Shown one piece after another: positions 38,743-57,017 of a stretch of DNA of 64,000 nt (within the stretch, counting starts at the first letter, position 1; the number at the start of each line of letters is the position of its first letter). The translations under genes were made by a program, and so were the position numbers. A model generated the notes under the pieces. That model made no database searches. It had not been told where the DNA came from and saw only the letters and a program-made list of their open reading frames with translations. Origin of the DNA: Nitrosopumilaceae archaeon (lineage in GTDB: Archaea; Thermoproteota; Nitrososphaeria; Nitrososphaerales; Nitrosopumilaceae); assembly GCA_965207375.1 (NCBI GenBank), contig CBDBMG010000003.1, positions 416,001 to 480,000 of the forward strand, read 5' to 3'.

Positions 38743-39265
38743 GTGACTGAATTTGCAAAAAAGGGGTCTTATACATGCATCCAATTTTTCAACTTTAAAG
38801 GAGATGTAACTCAGTTTCTGGTTGAGCTACAGCTTTGAAATTTTGTGAGTAGGGTTGGGTGATAATGAAAATTTCATGTCACGATATATCACAAGAGTAA
38901 TTATCACGATAATCGATATTATCATGATATCAATAGTGGACTGTACTACATGCAGTCTACAGGTACTAAAACTATGAACATAGGACTGATGTTATAAAAT
39001 CTGAATGCTTTTGAGCAATAATTCTTACGATAATCATGGTATTCACGATAATATTGTGCTGCCCGATATTACGATACTGAAAATTTCTCTTCGATATCGA
39101 TTATCATGGCACTTTGATATCATGATATCGTAATATTGCCCAACTCTATTTGTGAGAAGATTTTCCTATCATTAAACTATTGTGTGTGAAAAGTTTAATG
39201 TAATGGCTTAATCACTAACAAAGTTTTTACTCATCAAAGTTGCAAAATCAGATGCGTGTGGTCAC
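38743..39265. mobile_element. Sola-like MITE (TSD ATTT) containing a nested hAT MITE at 38850-39148 (8-bp TSD TTTGTGAG)
   Basis: Empty site visible in the paralogous copy at ~59760. Inner TIR TAGGGTTGGG / CCCAACTCTA. Confidence 0.8.
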
Positions 39266-39677
39266 ATTTGTTGTTGTTGTAGGTGTGAAATTCCGTCAGA
39301 ATGGTGAACACAGTAACTAACTGATTTCAAACTAAATCCCATCTGTAAAATGAGTTCTTTTTGCACTAACAAGTCACATGGTGCAACAACTTATGCTTGT
39401 GTGTCGATAGCTAGCTTGCACTAATCATCATTCAGTAAGCCTACCAGTTGTGTTAGGTCATTTTCATTATCAGATTTTTAAAAAAATTCCATTTAAAAAT
39501 TAGAAAATCAGTGAAACGTTGAGTAAAAATAATTAAACATAATTTATAATGAAAGTTGGGTTGGAGTGATCCAGGCAGGGATGAGAAACAAGTAATCAAG
39601 TTTGCCTGGCCTTATCCATTATACGTACTTTATTCAAGGTGACATTTAATATTTACATACAAATACACTGTACACAC

Positions 39678-39870
39678 CTCATAAGCAGCTGATATTCTCT
39701 TGGTCTCTTCACTGAGTTTAGTGCTGCGCTGACAGTGTCGATGTGCAAGTCAGGAAGCTTGGCATACATCTCCTCTCCAGATGTCAGAGAAGTCCAGGAG
39801 TCGGAGCTGGCCTGATGTGATCTTGGGGATAAACATTCACTAAATTTATTTCGAGGAAGCTTAACCGAGG
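39678..39870 (-). pseudogene. Exon-like segment (SVKLPRNKFSECLSPRSHQASSDSWTSLTSGEEMYAKLPDLHIDTVSAALNSVKRPREYQLLMR) of an unidentified, duplicated gene
   Basis: TATAG acceptor, AG|GTGTGT donor, open frame. Further copies at ~51170-51240 (deleted), ~52740-52913, ~56345-56540, 60170-60362 (acceptor AG>GG). Confidence 0.5.
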
Positions 39871-41578
39871 CTATATTACACACAAAAAGTAGTAAATGAT
39901 AGCAGAGTTTTATAAAAACTACTTTAAAACAACTTGGCACTCATTATTAAGAGCAGTGTGAGTGATATTAGTCATCAATCAAATAAAACTATTTACCATT
40001 CCTTGTATTTATAGGAACATTTGTACTATTTTATTTGACAACTAAAATCTGTTAATTTTGCCAATAATTTTAACCCCTCCAATTAGTGATGGGAAGCATT
40101 TCAATTATTCAATATGGGTAAGGTATAAGCTCATACAGAACATCATTTTATATACGTAATGCATTCCATTATTGTAATGTAAAAATCATACTATTATGTA
40201 GTGTAGGAATTATAATAATATGGGTGTACAAATAATTAGTTATAAAAATGCATACAAAGACTTTAAGCAGACTACTAGCATAAAAACTGGTTGTGTGAAG
40301 TCAAGTAAATGTCATGATCTGATATAAAATTCATTACTGACTTTAAAACTGGTTAATCAGTTTCATAACGGGTTGACCAATTTTGAAATGGTATAACTAT
40401 ATTATTAGAGTATCCTTTTAAAGTGATAGCTATAGGTATTGTACAGTAGTAACTAGTCTTGCATGGCCACACCCTCTTCTTTGTATGTTGACTAACATTA
40501 AACACCCTGCCGGAAGATGTAAGGTAACAGTAAAGCTGACCAACTGACGGCTAGTGCTGGCTTGGGTGAACCATACAGTACTTTTCATCAGACAAATCAA
40601 ACACTGACTATCCTATTACATTGATTTCATCAGTTACAAAATCAATTCACCAATATTAAAAATGGACAATAGAAACAAGTTGACATATCACCATCTAAAA
40701 ACCAGGCACTACATATGTTCCACTACTGTAAATTAACTGCCATGGTAAATAATATTTGATAAGAAAATCACGTGAGCTAAGACTCATCACTAAGGAACAC
40801 ATAGCAACCCATACACTTTTAAATTTTACTTTATACAGCAGAACCTTGGTGATAACACTTTTCAAAAGTAGTATAAAGTAGTCTTAAGCCAAAATTCTTA
40901 CTATAACACTGTAAGCCTGTCTCTATTAAACACTTCATGACCCACATGGCATGCCCATTTTTATAACTGAGGTGCTCTGTCTTGTACGTAGGTGATGTAT
41001 AACTCATAAACTGCCATTTACTGCTAAATGAATGGCTAATACTGCATTACCTTAGTCTTCTTTGACTGGAATTCATGATGCATTTCGTTACTAAGACCAT
41101 ACCCATCAACAATATCGATAGCAGGTGTCACATAAAGAAACCGGAGGGCAGTATGGCTTACATGGCCGGTTATTCAGGCTTAATCTAACATGAATTGTTT
41201 TTAATGGCCGGGGGGGTGGGCGCATGCACGCACACGCATACCGACATCTGCATGGAGGCAATTTCGGGGGGCCGGGTGTGCGCCGGCCCACAGGCCAGCG
41301 CGTGCCTGGTTTAAAAACAAGATCAATAACTACTGACCTGGGTCACTTTAACACAAATACATAGCCAGTTTAAAACCAGTCAAATTTTAAATTGTGCTAT
41401 AACAAAAATATATTACAATGGTAAGTTTACTATACGTAACTACTGTAAAAGAACTGATTACCATACTAAACATTGTTTTGATCATTGTGGGCCTCTTTGA
41501 GGCCTTGCAAAAATTCTATATAGCATACCATTTTTTGTGTAATTCACTTTGTCAAGGTTTAGTCTCTTCTTTTATCAT

Positions 41579-42669
41579 TAAGTACGGTAGTACTTAATAG
41601 TAGGATTGGTAAAAAATTGTATGGCTTCGGGAAAATTTAGCGCTTTAAAAATCAACCTTGCAATAGACTTTACCCGAAAAAACCAGCTGGAATGCATTGG
41701 TAAGGCTGTAATGATGCTGTACCTTGGTTAAACGAAACGACAAGTCGAATATTTCGACCTACAGCCAACTTTGAAAATTTCGAAATCCACCTGTATTTCG
41801 TCTGACAGCCAGCCAGCCAGCCTGCCAGCCAGCCAGCCTGCCGTAAGACCGGGTTGCGCTAGGTGTAGGGCTCCAGAAATTTCACACAATAAAGGTAATG
41901 GCGGCGCATTTACGAAAATATTATTCCGAAGACGATTTACCCACTGCGCCATGGCGATTCCCTTTATCCTTCATTCCTTTCCTTGTTCTTCTTTATTCCT
42001 TAGCAAGGTGCGAATTTCACCGAAGGTGACGATAGCCTGTAACTGCTTCTGCTTATTGCGTCACACAAAAACCTGACTTGCACGTGATATAATTAGTTAC
42101 AGTGGCACGATGTTTTAGCGTGTACTTTATTACATCGTGAACTTCGAGATTATAGCCTTGGACAAATAGCTTTTGCTGTTTTTCGAGCGTTATATTTACT
42201 ATCACACAGCTGCTTTGCCATGTCAGCGCGTTGTTAACAAGCGCCTGTAAACAAGCATAATTATTACGTAAGCGCCTGTAACATTTTGTGCGCCTGCTAA
42301 AAGATTATTGAATGCTTAGCATGTATAAAAAGTAAACAAACTAGAATGATAAAAAATTAAAAAATTAAAAAGTAAGTAGGGATTGAACTTTGGATTCAAT
42401 AGTGCTACAAAAAGTAAGGAAACAAGGAATAAGATTTTGGGATGAGAGAACATTCTGGCATGAGATAATTTATAAAAGTTTAATCCCTACTTTTGGCAAA
42501 CCTACTGGAAGTGAGCCAAAAGTAGGGATTAAACTTTTATAAATTATCTCATGCCAGAATGTTCTCTCGTCCCAAAATCTTATTCCTTGTTTCCTTACTT
42601 TTTGTAGCACTATTGAATCCAAAGTTCAATCCCTACTTACTTTTTAAATTTTTAATTTTTTATCATTCT
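41579..42669 (+). mobile_element. Interspersed element with internal (CCAG)n and ~155-bp-arm terminal palindrome, copy 1
   Basis: Starts TTAAGTACGGTAGTACTTAA; palindrome 42343-42669; homologous to 53650-55320. Confidence 0.8.
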
Positions 42670-44093
42670 TATCTCTACATATTGTGGGTTTTCATTTTTA
42701 CAATGTTTTACTCACAGCTACATTTAGTAAACTTATTAATAGTGGGTAGAACTTCAAACATTGATAATGTAAGGTGATGGCCACTGTTGCCCATATAAGA
42801 GATTTGATTGTGGGTTTAAGTTTTACATAATTTTTGTACTACCAAGTGATGAACTTTGGAAAAGTAATGTTTTGTTCCCTCCAAATTGCCTCTCAAATTT
42901 CAGTAAAAGTTTATAATCACCAGATCTAATAAAGTACAGCTCACATCAACCTTTTCCTTCTCTGATATCACCATCAAGCCAAACTTCGCTTTGCAAGACT
43001 TGACTCAAGGTTATTATTTCAAAATTATAAAACCCAGTAGCTAACCTGATGATTAATCAAGCACTACTCTCAGCATTTCCACTTATGTTGAGTAATCGGG
43101 TGCCTGGCAGGTGTTAGCCAATCCCGTGGCTAATCCACAGTAGCTGACATCACATATCACGCAAATTACTAATGGCTCAGATATTGCTAATGGATGATGA
43201 AATCGACTACCGTACTTTTAGTAGTGATTTCAAGTGTAAGCATCTTAGTACTAAGAAACTTGTCTCTTCGTAACACCGGCATACCATTTTCTAATTGCAG
43301 TAACAAGTCACATAGTGCACCACCTTATGTTTGTGTGTTGATAGCTAGCTGGCACTAATTGTTATTCAGTGAGCCTATCAGTTGTGTTGTTGATTTATGT
43401 GTTGATCACGACACCGACATCCCTACCATTAGAAATTTACAGCTACATACTCCGGATTTGCGCCTAGTGCAGGATTGCCGGTTTGGGGGGTCTAGAGACA
43501 AATTCTGTACTTGGCTTAGCCCCGTGCTATATTGTCTCTTGTACTGTATTTACCATACACACTTGCAGTGGTGCTTTAACTAATACAGATGGCATAGTTA
43601 TAGGCCCCTTGAGGTCTTCCAAAAATTTTAATTTAGCATGTTAACCAATGATACTTGTTAAGATCAAGGTTGCTCCAGCTTTTCTTTTATAAACACATGT
43701 TATATTTGATTATGGGTTTGAATATTTTAATTCACTTCACAATATAGCTAGCCATTGTAAACCATTCATCCATAACTTTCAGATAGCGCTATTGAGAGTT
43801 TCTAATTAACACATTATACATACACATTATACATACACCTCCACTTTAAACATATCAGTGTTGCTCATATGTATTTGATTGTGACTTCAAGTATTTAAAT
43901 TGTGGTACAGGGTGGCCTACTGTATTTTTGCGGACTGGACTCAAACAGGTGCAGAATATGGAATAACGACACTTTTCAGGATTTTTCATTTATTCTCTAA
44001 AAATTTTAGTTTCCAAGCAGTCTTCCATACTAGTAACCAAACTTACACACATGCACATAGCTGTTAAACACAAACCGAATTTAATTGTGACAT

Positions 44094-44370
<277 letters not shown>

Positions 44371-44754
44371 CCCAGACTCCCTGCCTAAGAGGTCTACTGT
44401 TTAGTATCCCTCCCCTATCAATATCTGCCATGCATACACTATTATATATAAAATGATTACATTACACATCAGCTGCTATATTGTACAATTCTAATTAAAC
44501 TTGTTACAAGATTTCCTCCCCAAAGCAATGAAAAACTCCGATCTTTACTACAAAACCAAGTGGTTTCTCTCCCATGCTTACACATAAGGACCGTATTCTT
44601 AACTATACAAAAAACTCACCTCTCACAACAAGGCCCACTGTTCATCCATCTGGGCAATAAGCAATTTACCACGTTTTAATCTTTCTTATTCACACAATCC
44701 CACGTGACTCTTGTATCAGATATGCGCACGCGCATACATTAGTCACATTTTACG

Positions 44755-44833
44755 TAGCCTCGCGCGCCAGACACTTAAAAAATAAAGCCACCACAAATAA
44801 AAACGGAAAAAAGGGGTCTGGCTCGCGAGACTA
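44755..44833. mobile_element. ~80-bp MITE
   Basis: TAGCCTCGCGCGCCAGAC / GTCTGGCTCGCGAGACTA inverted ends. Confidence 0.6.
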
Positions 44834-47800
44834 GTCTTACGCGCGATAATAAATCTTGCTTAGCCCCACCTCCACCCCACCTCCAACAAGTAAACTTTGC
44901 CTTACCAAGTTTCACTGCTAAACTTTCGAGACCCGTGAACTTTTCAACGCTTATGCTTATTTACACGTATTCACAGATAGCTACTGCAATATTCTGGCAG
45001 CCGAATATCTATGGTTGTGAGAGGTGGCGGACCCCTCGTTCATCCCCGCGTATGTATATAGGGTCTTACTCATGACCACTACAGCTAGTATTATAAATAT
45101 AGCTAATAACAGGCTGGAGATGAAATTTCTTCCTGCAGGGATCCTATCATAGATCTTATCATGATTACAACGGTAGCTATAATTTTGGCATCAAAACCTT
45201 TCTCTAACATTGCAGACTGAGAGGCAGCATATTCTAATTTGCTAGCTCTGATCAAGGTACATGTAGTGAGCTCTTCCCACTAACTAGTTCAAGTTAGCTA
45301 GCTACAAATGAATTATTGAGTTTCTTTTGATAGGCTTGAGTCGATTATGCCCCAGAGTTTAGGTGATAGCAAAAGTTGGGAATAAAAATTAAAGCATAGT
45401 ATCTCATGCCTTTTACCAAAACGTTCTAGTGCTTTCAAAAATACCAGCATGGTAACATTCCTTTCAGTAGCTACTCAAATGGCTATACTGTATGTTACAA
45501 TACCTGCAATATTGACGCACATATATAAAAGCTGTTCATTTAGCAGGGAAGACTGCAAAGGAAACCCCTTTTAAAAATATATATTCTTTTGCAGGGATGA
45601 GTCAGCAAAGTAACAAAATAACTTCTTTTGCAGATATGACTGCAAAGTAAAAACCTTTTAACAAAATATATTCTTTTGCAGGGATGACTGCAAATAGCTG
45701 TAGCAATTATAGCAATACATGATTGAAACAATCATTGCGATTTGGAGATCTGTATTTCTGGTTAACATTGATCTCAAGCAGTGATACACACAGCTGGTAG
45801 TCTAATAGACTCAATACTAGTCATGAGTGTCACAGAAAATGAAATACTCTAATAAAACAGTCACTATTATATATACTCTATTAAAACAGTCTTTATAGCT
45901 CCATGTGCATGCATATTACTGAGAGACAAAACAAATTTTGACGGGGGGAAATATTGATAAATTTCCAGCAATTTGTCAATATTTTCCCTATCAAAATTTT
46001 CCGTTTAGTTAGCTACTTATATGAAATGAATGAATAAAATGAATACATTGACATTCATCAATTTTTTACTCGTCAAACTTTTCCCAACCCCGATTCGTCA
46101 AAATTTTCCACCGTCAAAAATTTGCGCCATACGGTATAGCATTGTGGTTTATTATTGCATCATAGTACATGTAGAGATGAAATATCTTCCTGATGAACTC
46201 ATTGATCATCTCCAGGGATTCCTACTATTATCATGGCATAAAAGTTGTGTAATTATTTTAGTGCATATACATTATATCTGGCTGTATTTGGCATTGAAAT
46301 CTGGATCTCTGCCTACAAGACCAAGCAGAGGCATCATGTCATCACCTTTTGTTTACTGCACTAATATCCACCTGTATATATCTGACTGCTCTATTAGAAT
46401 GGCAAACAGTGTAGCTTTAATGTAATGCATACCGTATGGCATTAGTATAATTGATCTACTTTCTGTTATTTTCAAAATGCAAGCATAATGCTAGAATTGC
46501 TTTGTATGATTATATGATATCGATTATGCTAAAAATTATTCCAGCAATTACCGTAGCCTTAGTTACAGTAAGATCTTCCCTAACTTGCTCACACGTTGCA
46601 TGTTGTTTCAAAATATTTATGAGAACAGGCAGAGTAAACTTACTCAAGAGTGTGCATGGGGACACAATAAACTAGTAAGACACATTTCTGATGGCTCCAG
46701 TGTACCTGCCTGCTGTGAATTAGAGTTTGGTTTGCTCTATATGCATACAATTTGATATATTGGATGGATACTCCTAAGTACTTTTAATGATCTAGTTGAT
46801 AAGTTTTGAACATGAAGTTGGCAGTTACAGTAGTTTTACTTCTGATCACCTGGGATGTATGCATGACATTTGGATACATTCAGCTTCATCATGCAGGGGT
46901 TCTCCCATGACATGTAATGACTTAAAGTTACAACAGGACTCAATGGAGGAATGGCTAAAGGTGACTCAGGGATCTGATTCCTTTGCTCCCATTCTTTGTA
47001 TCCCTAGAGTGTACATATGTCAATTAGTTAATAATAATAATAATGAGTGCACAGGCGGGCTGGACAGTTGCTGTTCCTAAGTACTTGTTATGTTCTACAG
47101 TTGATAAGATATCATGAAGTTGGTAATTAAAAGTACTTTTAGGATGTATGCACATAACATTCAGCTTCATCATCCAGAGGTCCTCTTACGATAAAGTTAC
47201 AAACATATGGTGTAGCATAGAAATTCTATTCTTGATATTAGCCAAGTTTCAATGATTAAACAGTTCCAACAATCATTTGTGGATGAATCACAAGTAAAGC
47301 AACTGAAATACCATAAATGATAAAATTTTTGTGGTTTATTGGGTTCACTCATAATGTAGAGAAAACTTTTCCAAATAAGGACAAAAACAACATTCATGTA
47401 TTGAAATTAGTAGGGAAATCTTTTCACGATTTATTGAAAATTTGCGAAAACCACAAAAGTTTTGTCTTTTGTAGTACACAAACAGCAAATCAAGGTAAAC
47501 AGAATCAACACACGAATTTAATAAAATACAAGACTGCACTATCTGAAAGATAGCCGGTAATCCAACAACCAAAAAGGTCACAAGGAGATGGCAAGAAGAT
47601 GGTAGAGGAACACAATGTATCAATTTATAACACTCTGCCCCTACAATGAATTTTTATTATAGCATAGAAAATTAATGTTTAGTGTATTTTCATTGCAGCT
47701 ATTGTACAACATTAATATAGGACATTTTAATAAGCTTTTTGTTGAATGTTCAATCGTGACTCAGGAGGTTTGAAGTATTTCTGGAATGAACTGGTCGACA

Positions 47801-48397
47801 CTTGATCAAACAGTGGTCCACACGGCTGGTAGTCATGAGTGTTGCCGATCAATGACTGGATCATTAACTGTCCAGTCAAAATATTTGTAGTTGCTATCAC
47901 ATAATCTATATTGGCTACAATAGAACATACACTCATTGTATAAATACACACACAGCTACATGTATTTAGACTATGGTATGCACAATATCAAGAATCCATA
48001 ACAATAGATGGTCATTTAACTGCTCACTACCATAAATGTCACGACCTGATTTAAAACTCATGACCGACTTTAAACTGGTTAATCAGTTTTATAACGGGTT
48101 GACCAATTTTGAAATGATATAACTATATTATTAGAGTATCCTTTTAAAGGGATAGCTATACGTATTGTACAGTAGTAACTAGTCTTGCATGGCCACACCC
48201 TCTTCTTTGCATGTTGACTAGCATTAAACGCCCTGCCGGAAGATGTAAGGTAACAGGAAAGCTGACCAACTGACTGCTAGTACTGGCTTGGCTGAACCAT
48301 ACAGTACTTTTCATCAGACAAATCAAATGGTGACTATCCAATCACATCAATTTTATCAGTACAAAATAAATTCACCAATATTAAAATGGATCAATAG

Positions 48398-48927
48398 CAA
48401 GGCCGTAGTCGGTGGTCTGGCCGGTCCGGCCATGGCCGGACTGGTTTTTGGCAATGGTATTAAACTTACATCAAGTATCAAATCAATTAACTTTCAAATC
48501 TATTCCTTCTGTTCATTCGTCGACTTCGAGATTAATAGTGCGCACCTAGAATTTATTTTAAGTCTTAGTTCTTTGATTGTGGGATAGCTGTTTAATCAGT
48601 CTTTCCTTATTATCTGGTGATAAACATTAAAAACAGGACGCTAAAATGCCAGAAATGGTTTGTAAGTAGACGAAAAATAAAACGGGAGTGTATTCTAATA
48701 TTTTCATGCTCTTGTTTTTTAGAAAATGCTGTGTTGGGTGGATTTAGATAAAAATCAGTGAATCTTGCTCCCAACATACTTCCAGCCTCTGGAAATGAAA
48801 TAGCCCTGTAGCTATCCCACTGGGAACTTTAAAGCACTCCCAGTTCCCCTCAGTAGCTGCATTTTGTTCCTACCATTTCAGGGATCAGGATGGCCGGACT
48901 GGTTATTTTTTGGCGGCTACGGCCCTG
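48398..48927. mobile_element. hAT5-like element, 5-bp TSD AATAG
   Basis: CAAGGCCGTAG / CTACGGCCCTG. Empty site GGATCAATAGAAATAACC is present in the inverted paralog at ~61150-61170. Confidence 0.8.
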
Positions 48928-49798
48928 AATAGAAATAACCAGGCCAATAACTACTGACTCACTTTAAAACAAATACGTAGGTGGCCAGTTTTAAAACCAG
49001 TTAAATTTTAAACAAAATATTACAATGATGAGTTTTCTATATTATACAATGAATTGATTACCATAGTAATCATTGTTTTGATCATTGTGTATCCTCAGTC
49101 CTTGCAAAAATTTTACACATATTTATTCGGTATTTTATTATCATTTCTCAAGGTTTAGCCTCTTCTTTTATATTTTAACATGTGACATTTAATTGTGGGT
49201 TTTGATTTTTACAATGTTTTACTCACAGCTACATTTAGTAAGCTTAACAAACACATGAAGTGAATTCAATGTGTATTTCTCATGGTACCACATGTTTACA
49301 CACATGTAGAAATGAAGTCATAATTGAGCGGTACCGTATGTGTAACTACTGTGCAATTAACTGATTACCATAGTAAACATTGTTTTGATCATTGTGGGCT
49401 TCATTGAAGCCTTGCAAAAATACTATACCCTATTGTGTTGTGGTGCTCTTTCCCTTAGTCAAGGTTTAGCCTCTTCTTTTATATCTCAACATGTGACATT
49501 TAATCGTGGGTTTTGATTTTTACAATGTTTTACTCACAGCTACATTTAGTAAACTTATTAATAGTGAGTAGAATTTCAAATGTTGATAATGTTGGGTGAT
49601 GGTCAGTGTTGTTCATATAAGAGATTTGATTGTGGGTTTAAGTTTTACATCATTTTTGTAGTACCAAATGATGAACTTTGGAAATTCATATTTTGTTCCC
49701 TCCAAATTGCCTCTCAAATTTCACTAAAAGCTTATAATCACCAGATCTAATAAAGTACAGCTCACATCAACCTTTTCCTTCTCTAATATCACAGTCTA

Positions 49799-50695
49799 CA
49801 GGGCCGGAGCAATTGGTCAGGCCAGTCAGGCAAATGCCTGACCACTTTTCAGAATCTATCCCACAATCAAAAAGTTTAAGTTAATATTCTAACTCTAATC
49901 ACCTCTGTGAAACTTCTTGTAATCTCAACCAGTAACTAAAGAAAGTTTTCATGTCTTCACGCAAACGAACCAAATCACGTGATCTCCATTGATCATAATA
50001 ATACTTTTGTGCGCTTAAGCAATAGGGATGCGCCGATTTTGCCAGCATACCGGGGTAATACCAAAAGGATAATAAGGTTAATAATGCACTAAAACAATAG
50101 CCTAGTTTCTTAGGGTGAAATAATAGTAGTTCACTTTAGTAATGGAGTTTAATTAGAATATATTAAACCCACAATCAAAACTTCACGTATCCTCGACGAT
50201 GTTTGTTATGCCGGTAAGAATGGCGTTTTTTAGAACGATCGATTTGAGTCGTTTACCTACCTTGGGATAGCAGCCTAACCAGCCTAAGAGCCGAAAAGGA
50301 GCTTTGGGATAGATGTGTAAATGAGTTTATTTCCTGACAAAATTGCTAAGTTTCAGTTACTGTGACTGTGCATGCTCGTGTGCATGTGTGTAATTATACA
50401 ATTATAGCTATAGCTAATAATGTACCCTACTACCCTTTCTTATGTATTTTGCTTGTATGCATTATAACTTGTGTAATTTAATATAAAAATTAGACAGTAA
50501 TATGTAGGCATGTTTAGAAGGTGAAAATGCCCTCAGATTCAATCTCAGGGAGTGCACATTTTCAAAATTTTCTGGGGGGGCATGCCCCCAGACCCCCTAG
50601 TTTTGGCATGCTTCACATGCATGTGTTCGCACACAATCAGCATATTTCTCCATTGAAAATGCCTGACCACTTATGTAAAGGCTGCTCCAGCCCTG
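49799..50695. mobile_element. hAT5-like element, 5-bp TSD GTCTA
   Basis: CAGGGCCGGAGCA / TGCTCCAGCCCTG; GTCTA at 49794-49798 and 50696-50700. Confidence 0.8.
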
Positions 50696-50699
50696 GTCT

Positions 50700-52040
<1,341 letters not shown>

Positions 52041-53649
52041 TATAAATTATTAATATGGAATCGCATACTACAATATGACTGAAGACACCTACGTAATTAA
52101 TTATGCTTGTTTACAGGCACTTGTAAATAATGGAAAAGTACCTGTATTATAGCAAAATACGGTACAGTCCACATGCAACGTCCAACTTGTGAGTTCGAGT
52201 TTGAGGCCTTGCTAGTGTATTTAAACATGAGCATTCGACTTTGTGGATGCACTCGCTCGATAGTTTTCAGGTGAGCACTCGCAATGCCTCTCGAGTACAT
52301 GCACTCGAGCACTTGCTTGCGAGCAACTGTATTCTTCTGTTACACTGACAGATCTATCGAATTTATTTTGTACCATTATGATTTAAGTAGATGTACCAAA
52401 ACTTTTCTCTATTGTGTATTCTTGTTATTAGTGATAATTAATTTTAGTCAACCGCTAAATAATCTTCTAATTGCTAAATCCACCATGCTCTAAACTTTAT
52501 TTGCTTACAGTGATCACTAACATGAATGATACTAAAATGATTATAATGATTAGCTTATATTAAAACAGTCATTTGTATCTTGTGATGTCATTATAATATT
52601 GGGGTATAAGGCATTTCAGATAATAAACATCCCACACAAACATACGCATTGCGAACAAGCAAAATAATAAACATATTAAAATTTTTGGTCAATGAGGGAC
52701 CCTGTCATGCATAATGACATACTCTACACAGTACACACCTCATAAGCAGCTGGTCTCTTCACTGAGTTTAGTGCCGACAATGTTGATGTGCGCTTAGCAT
52801 ACGTACGTACATCTCCTCTCCAGATATCAGAGAAGTCCAGGAGTCGGGGCTGGCCTGATGTGATCTTGGGGATAAACATTCACTAAATATATTTTGAGGA
52901 AGCTTAACCGAGGCTATATTACACACAAAAAGTAGTAAATGATAGTAGAGTTTTATAAAAAATACTTTAAAACAACTTGGCTCATTATTAAGAGCAGAGT
53001 GAGTGATATTAGTCATCAATCAAATAAAACTATTGCTATTTACCACTCCTTGTATTCATACAAATATTTGTACTATTTCATTTGATAACTAAAATAACAT
53101 TCAAATATCAAAAATACTATTCAGTATATAATCTCTTCTCTTACAATTCTTAAATGTTGTACATAAATTTCATCAATGAGACATAGCTAGGTCAGTAGAG
53201 TGCTGAGCAATGTCATATTGTAATACATTATTTCTATTACGGAGTACATGAAGTACATTTATACTGCAGAGATGGTATGGCATATTTTAGCTATTTTACC
53301 AAGTGTCCATAATTGAGAGGAGAGTATCTAAATGAGCCCGTAGGTAGACTGTTTTTTCTTGTTTATCAGGGAGGGCTGTTTATGGTGCCATGTCACGTGT
53401 GGGCCCCAGGTCATTTGCATTGCACGTACTCTTTCTAGATTGCGGTGTGCCTCTTTGTCCTGGCAGCAGGGGTTGTTCTGGCTGTGAGACGGTCGGTGGG
53501 ATTTCACTGGGCTGGTCTGGTTTGTTGCCGCCTCGTGGGGCTTGGTGGCGCTCGCTCCCATGCGTGGGTGTGTGCATGGTCGATGCAGCATGGGCTCACA
53601 ATGCGGTTACCTTTGAGGATTATCTTATTAACACATTTATGAATATCAT

Positions 53650-55320
<1,671 letters not shown>

Positions 55321-57017
55321 ACTATTATATGTGGAGGTACTGGACGGGCTTATTTTTGATTGCGCATACGGAAGTTAAATGCTCTCCTCTCTCTCTATGT
55401 AACAAAAATATTACAATGGTGATAGTTTACTATACCGTGGAATGAAATAATTACCATGGTAATAATTGTTTTGATCATTGTGGGCCTTTTCAGGCCTTGC
55501 AAAAATTCTATACATATTTTAGTGGTATTTATTCACCATTTGTCAAGGTTTAGCCTCTTCTTTTATATCTCAACATGTGACATTTAATTGTGGGTTTTGA
55601 TTTTTACAATGTTTTACTCACAGCTACATTTAGTCAACTTATTAATAGTGAGTAGAACTTCAAATGTTGATAATGTAGGGTGATGGCCACTGTTGCCCAT
55701 ATAAGAGATTTGATTGTGGGTTTAAGTTTTACATCATTTTGTAGTAACAAATGATGAACTTTAGAAATTTATATTTTGTTCCCTCCAAACTGCCTCTCTA
55801 ATTTCACTAAAAGCTTATAATCACCAGATCTAATAAAGTACAGCTTAGATCTAATAAATTACAGCTTACATCAACCTTTCCTTCTTTAATTATCACTGTC
55901 AAGTAAAACTTACTAATCTTTTATGTCACAAAACTTCCATTACTACAATAGCATCAACTAAAGCCATGCTCCTTGAAGTTGAAGTACTCAAGAGTAATAG
56001 TGTACAAACTCACATGATCACCTGATAATTCATAATTGTACTCACATGTACACAATTTCTTAATTACAGTCACAGATAGACAGCAACTTAATCTTTTCCT
56101 CGACAATATAATATTGTATAATTTCCTACAAAGTTTGACCATACTAGAATATTGTATTCATGCGTGTACACATGCACACAAACATACTGTCAAACACACC
56201 CCCGTTATGGCATACACATGCAAATAAAAATACATAATTGTCAAATATTTTGGCAGTGTTTTTGATTATCAGATGTTCAAATTCTATCATTTGGTCAATA
56301 AGGGACCCTGTCATGCATAATGACATACTCTACACAGTACACACTTCATAAGCAGCTGGTATTCTCTTGGTCTCTTCACTGAGTTTAGCACCGATAGCAT
56401 TGAATGATGTGCAGGTCAAGAAGCTCGGCATACATCTCCTCTCCAGATGTCAGAGAAGTCCAGGAGTCGGGGCTGGCCTGATGTGACCTTTGGGATAAAC
56501 ATTATCACTAAATTTATTTCAAGGCAGCTTAACCAATGCTATATTATACACAAACATTAGCAAATGATAGCAGAGTATTAAGAAAAGCAAATATTAGAAC
56601 TGTACATATGTATAAAATACTTTAAAATAATTTGGCACTCATTATCAAGAGCAGTGTGAGTGATATCATTCATCAATGAACTACGTAATACTATTGCTAT
56701 TTTACCACTCCTTGCATTTATAGCAATATTTATACTATTTCATTTGATAACTAAAATAACATTCAAATATCAAATATACTATTCATTTGAGTCTTAGTAT
56801 ATAATCTCTTCATTGTACAATTCTTAATGTTGTAGATGTCATCAATGACACCTTCAGTTGAGTGCTGAGTGGTGTCATGAGGTCAATATTACGATCGATC
56901 AATATCACCGTGCTGATCTATGGCAAGATTTCTGGCTGGTTGTGACCTTCTTCTTACCCATGATCATGTTTATAAGAAGTTGTGAACAAGACATTTGTGT
57001 TTACTGTGATTCATGGT

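Larger units (their letters stand above)
36500..40050 (+). repeat. Segmental duplication, direct copy at ~58195-60545
   Basis: Long colinear near-identity (e.g. 36950-37560 vs 58640-59260; 39270-40050 vs 59770-60545), differing by MITE insertions and a deletion. Confidence 0.9.

Noticed and set aside
47727-47870. Possible terminal exon on the minus strand (LMIQSLIGNTHDYQPCG...)
   Set aside because: Single short frame with no motif and no linkable neighbouring exon.
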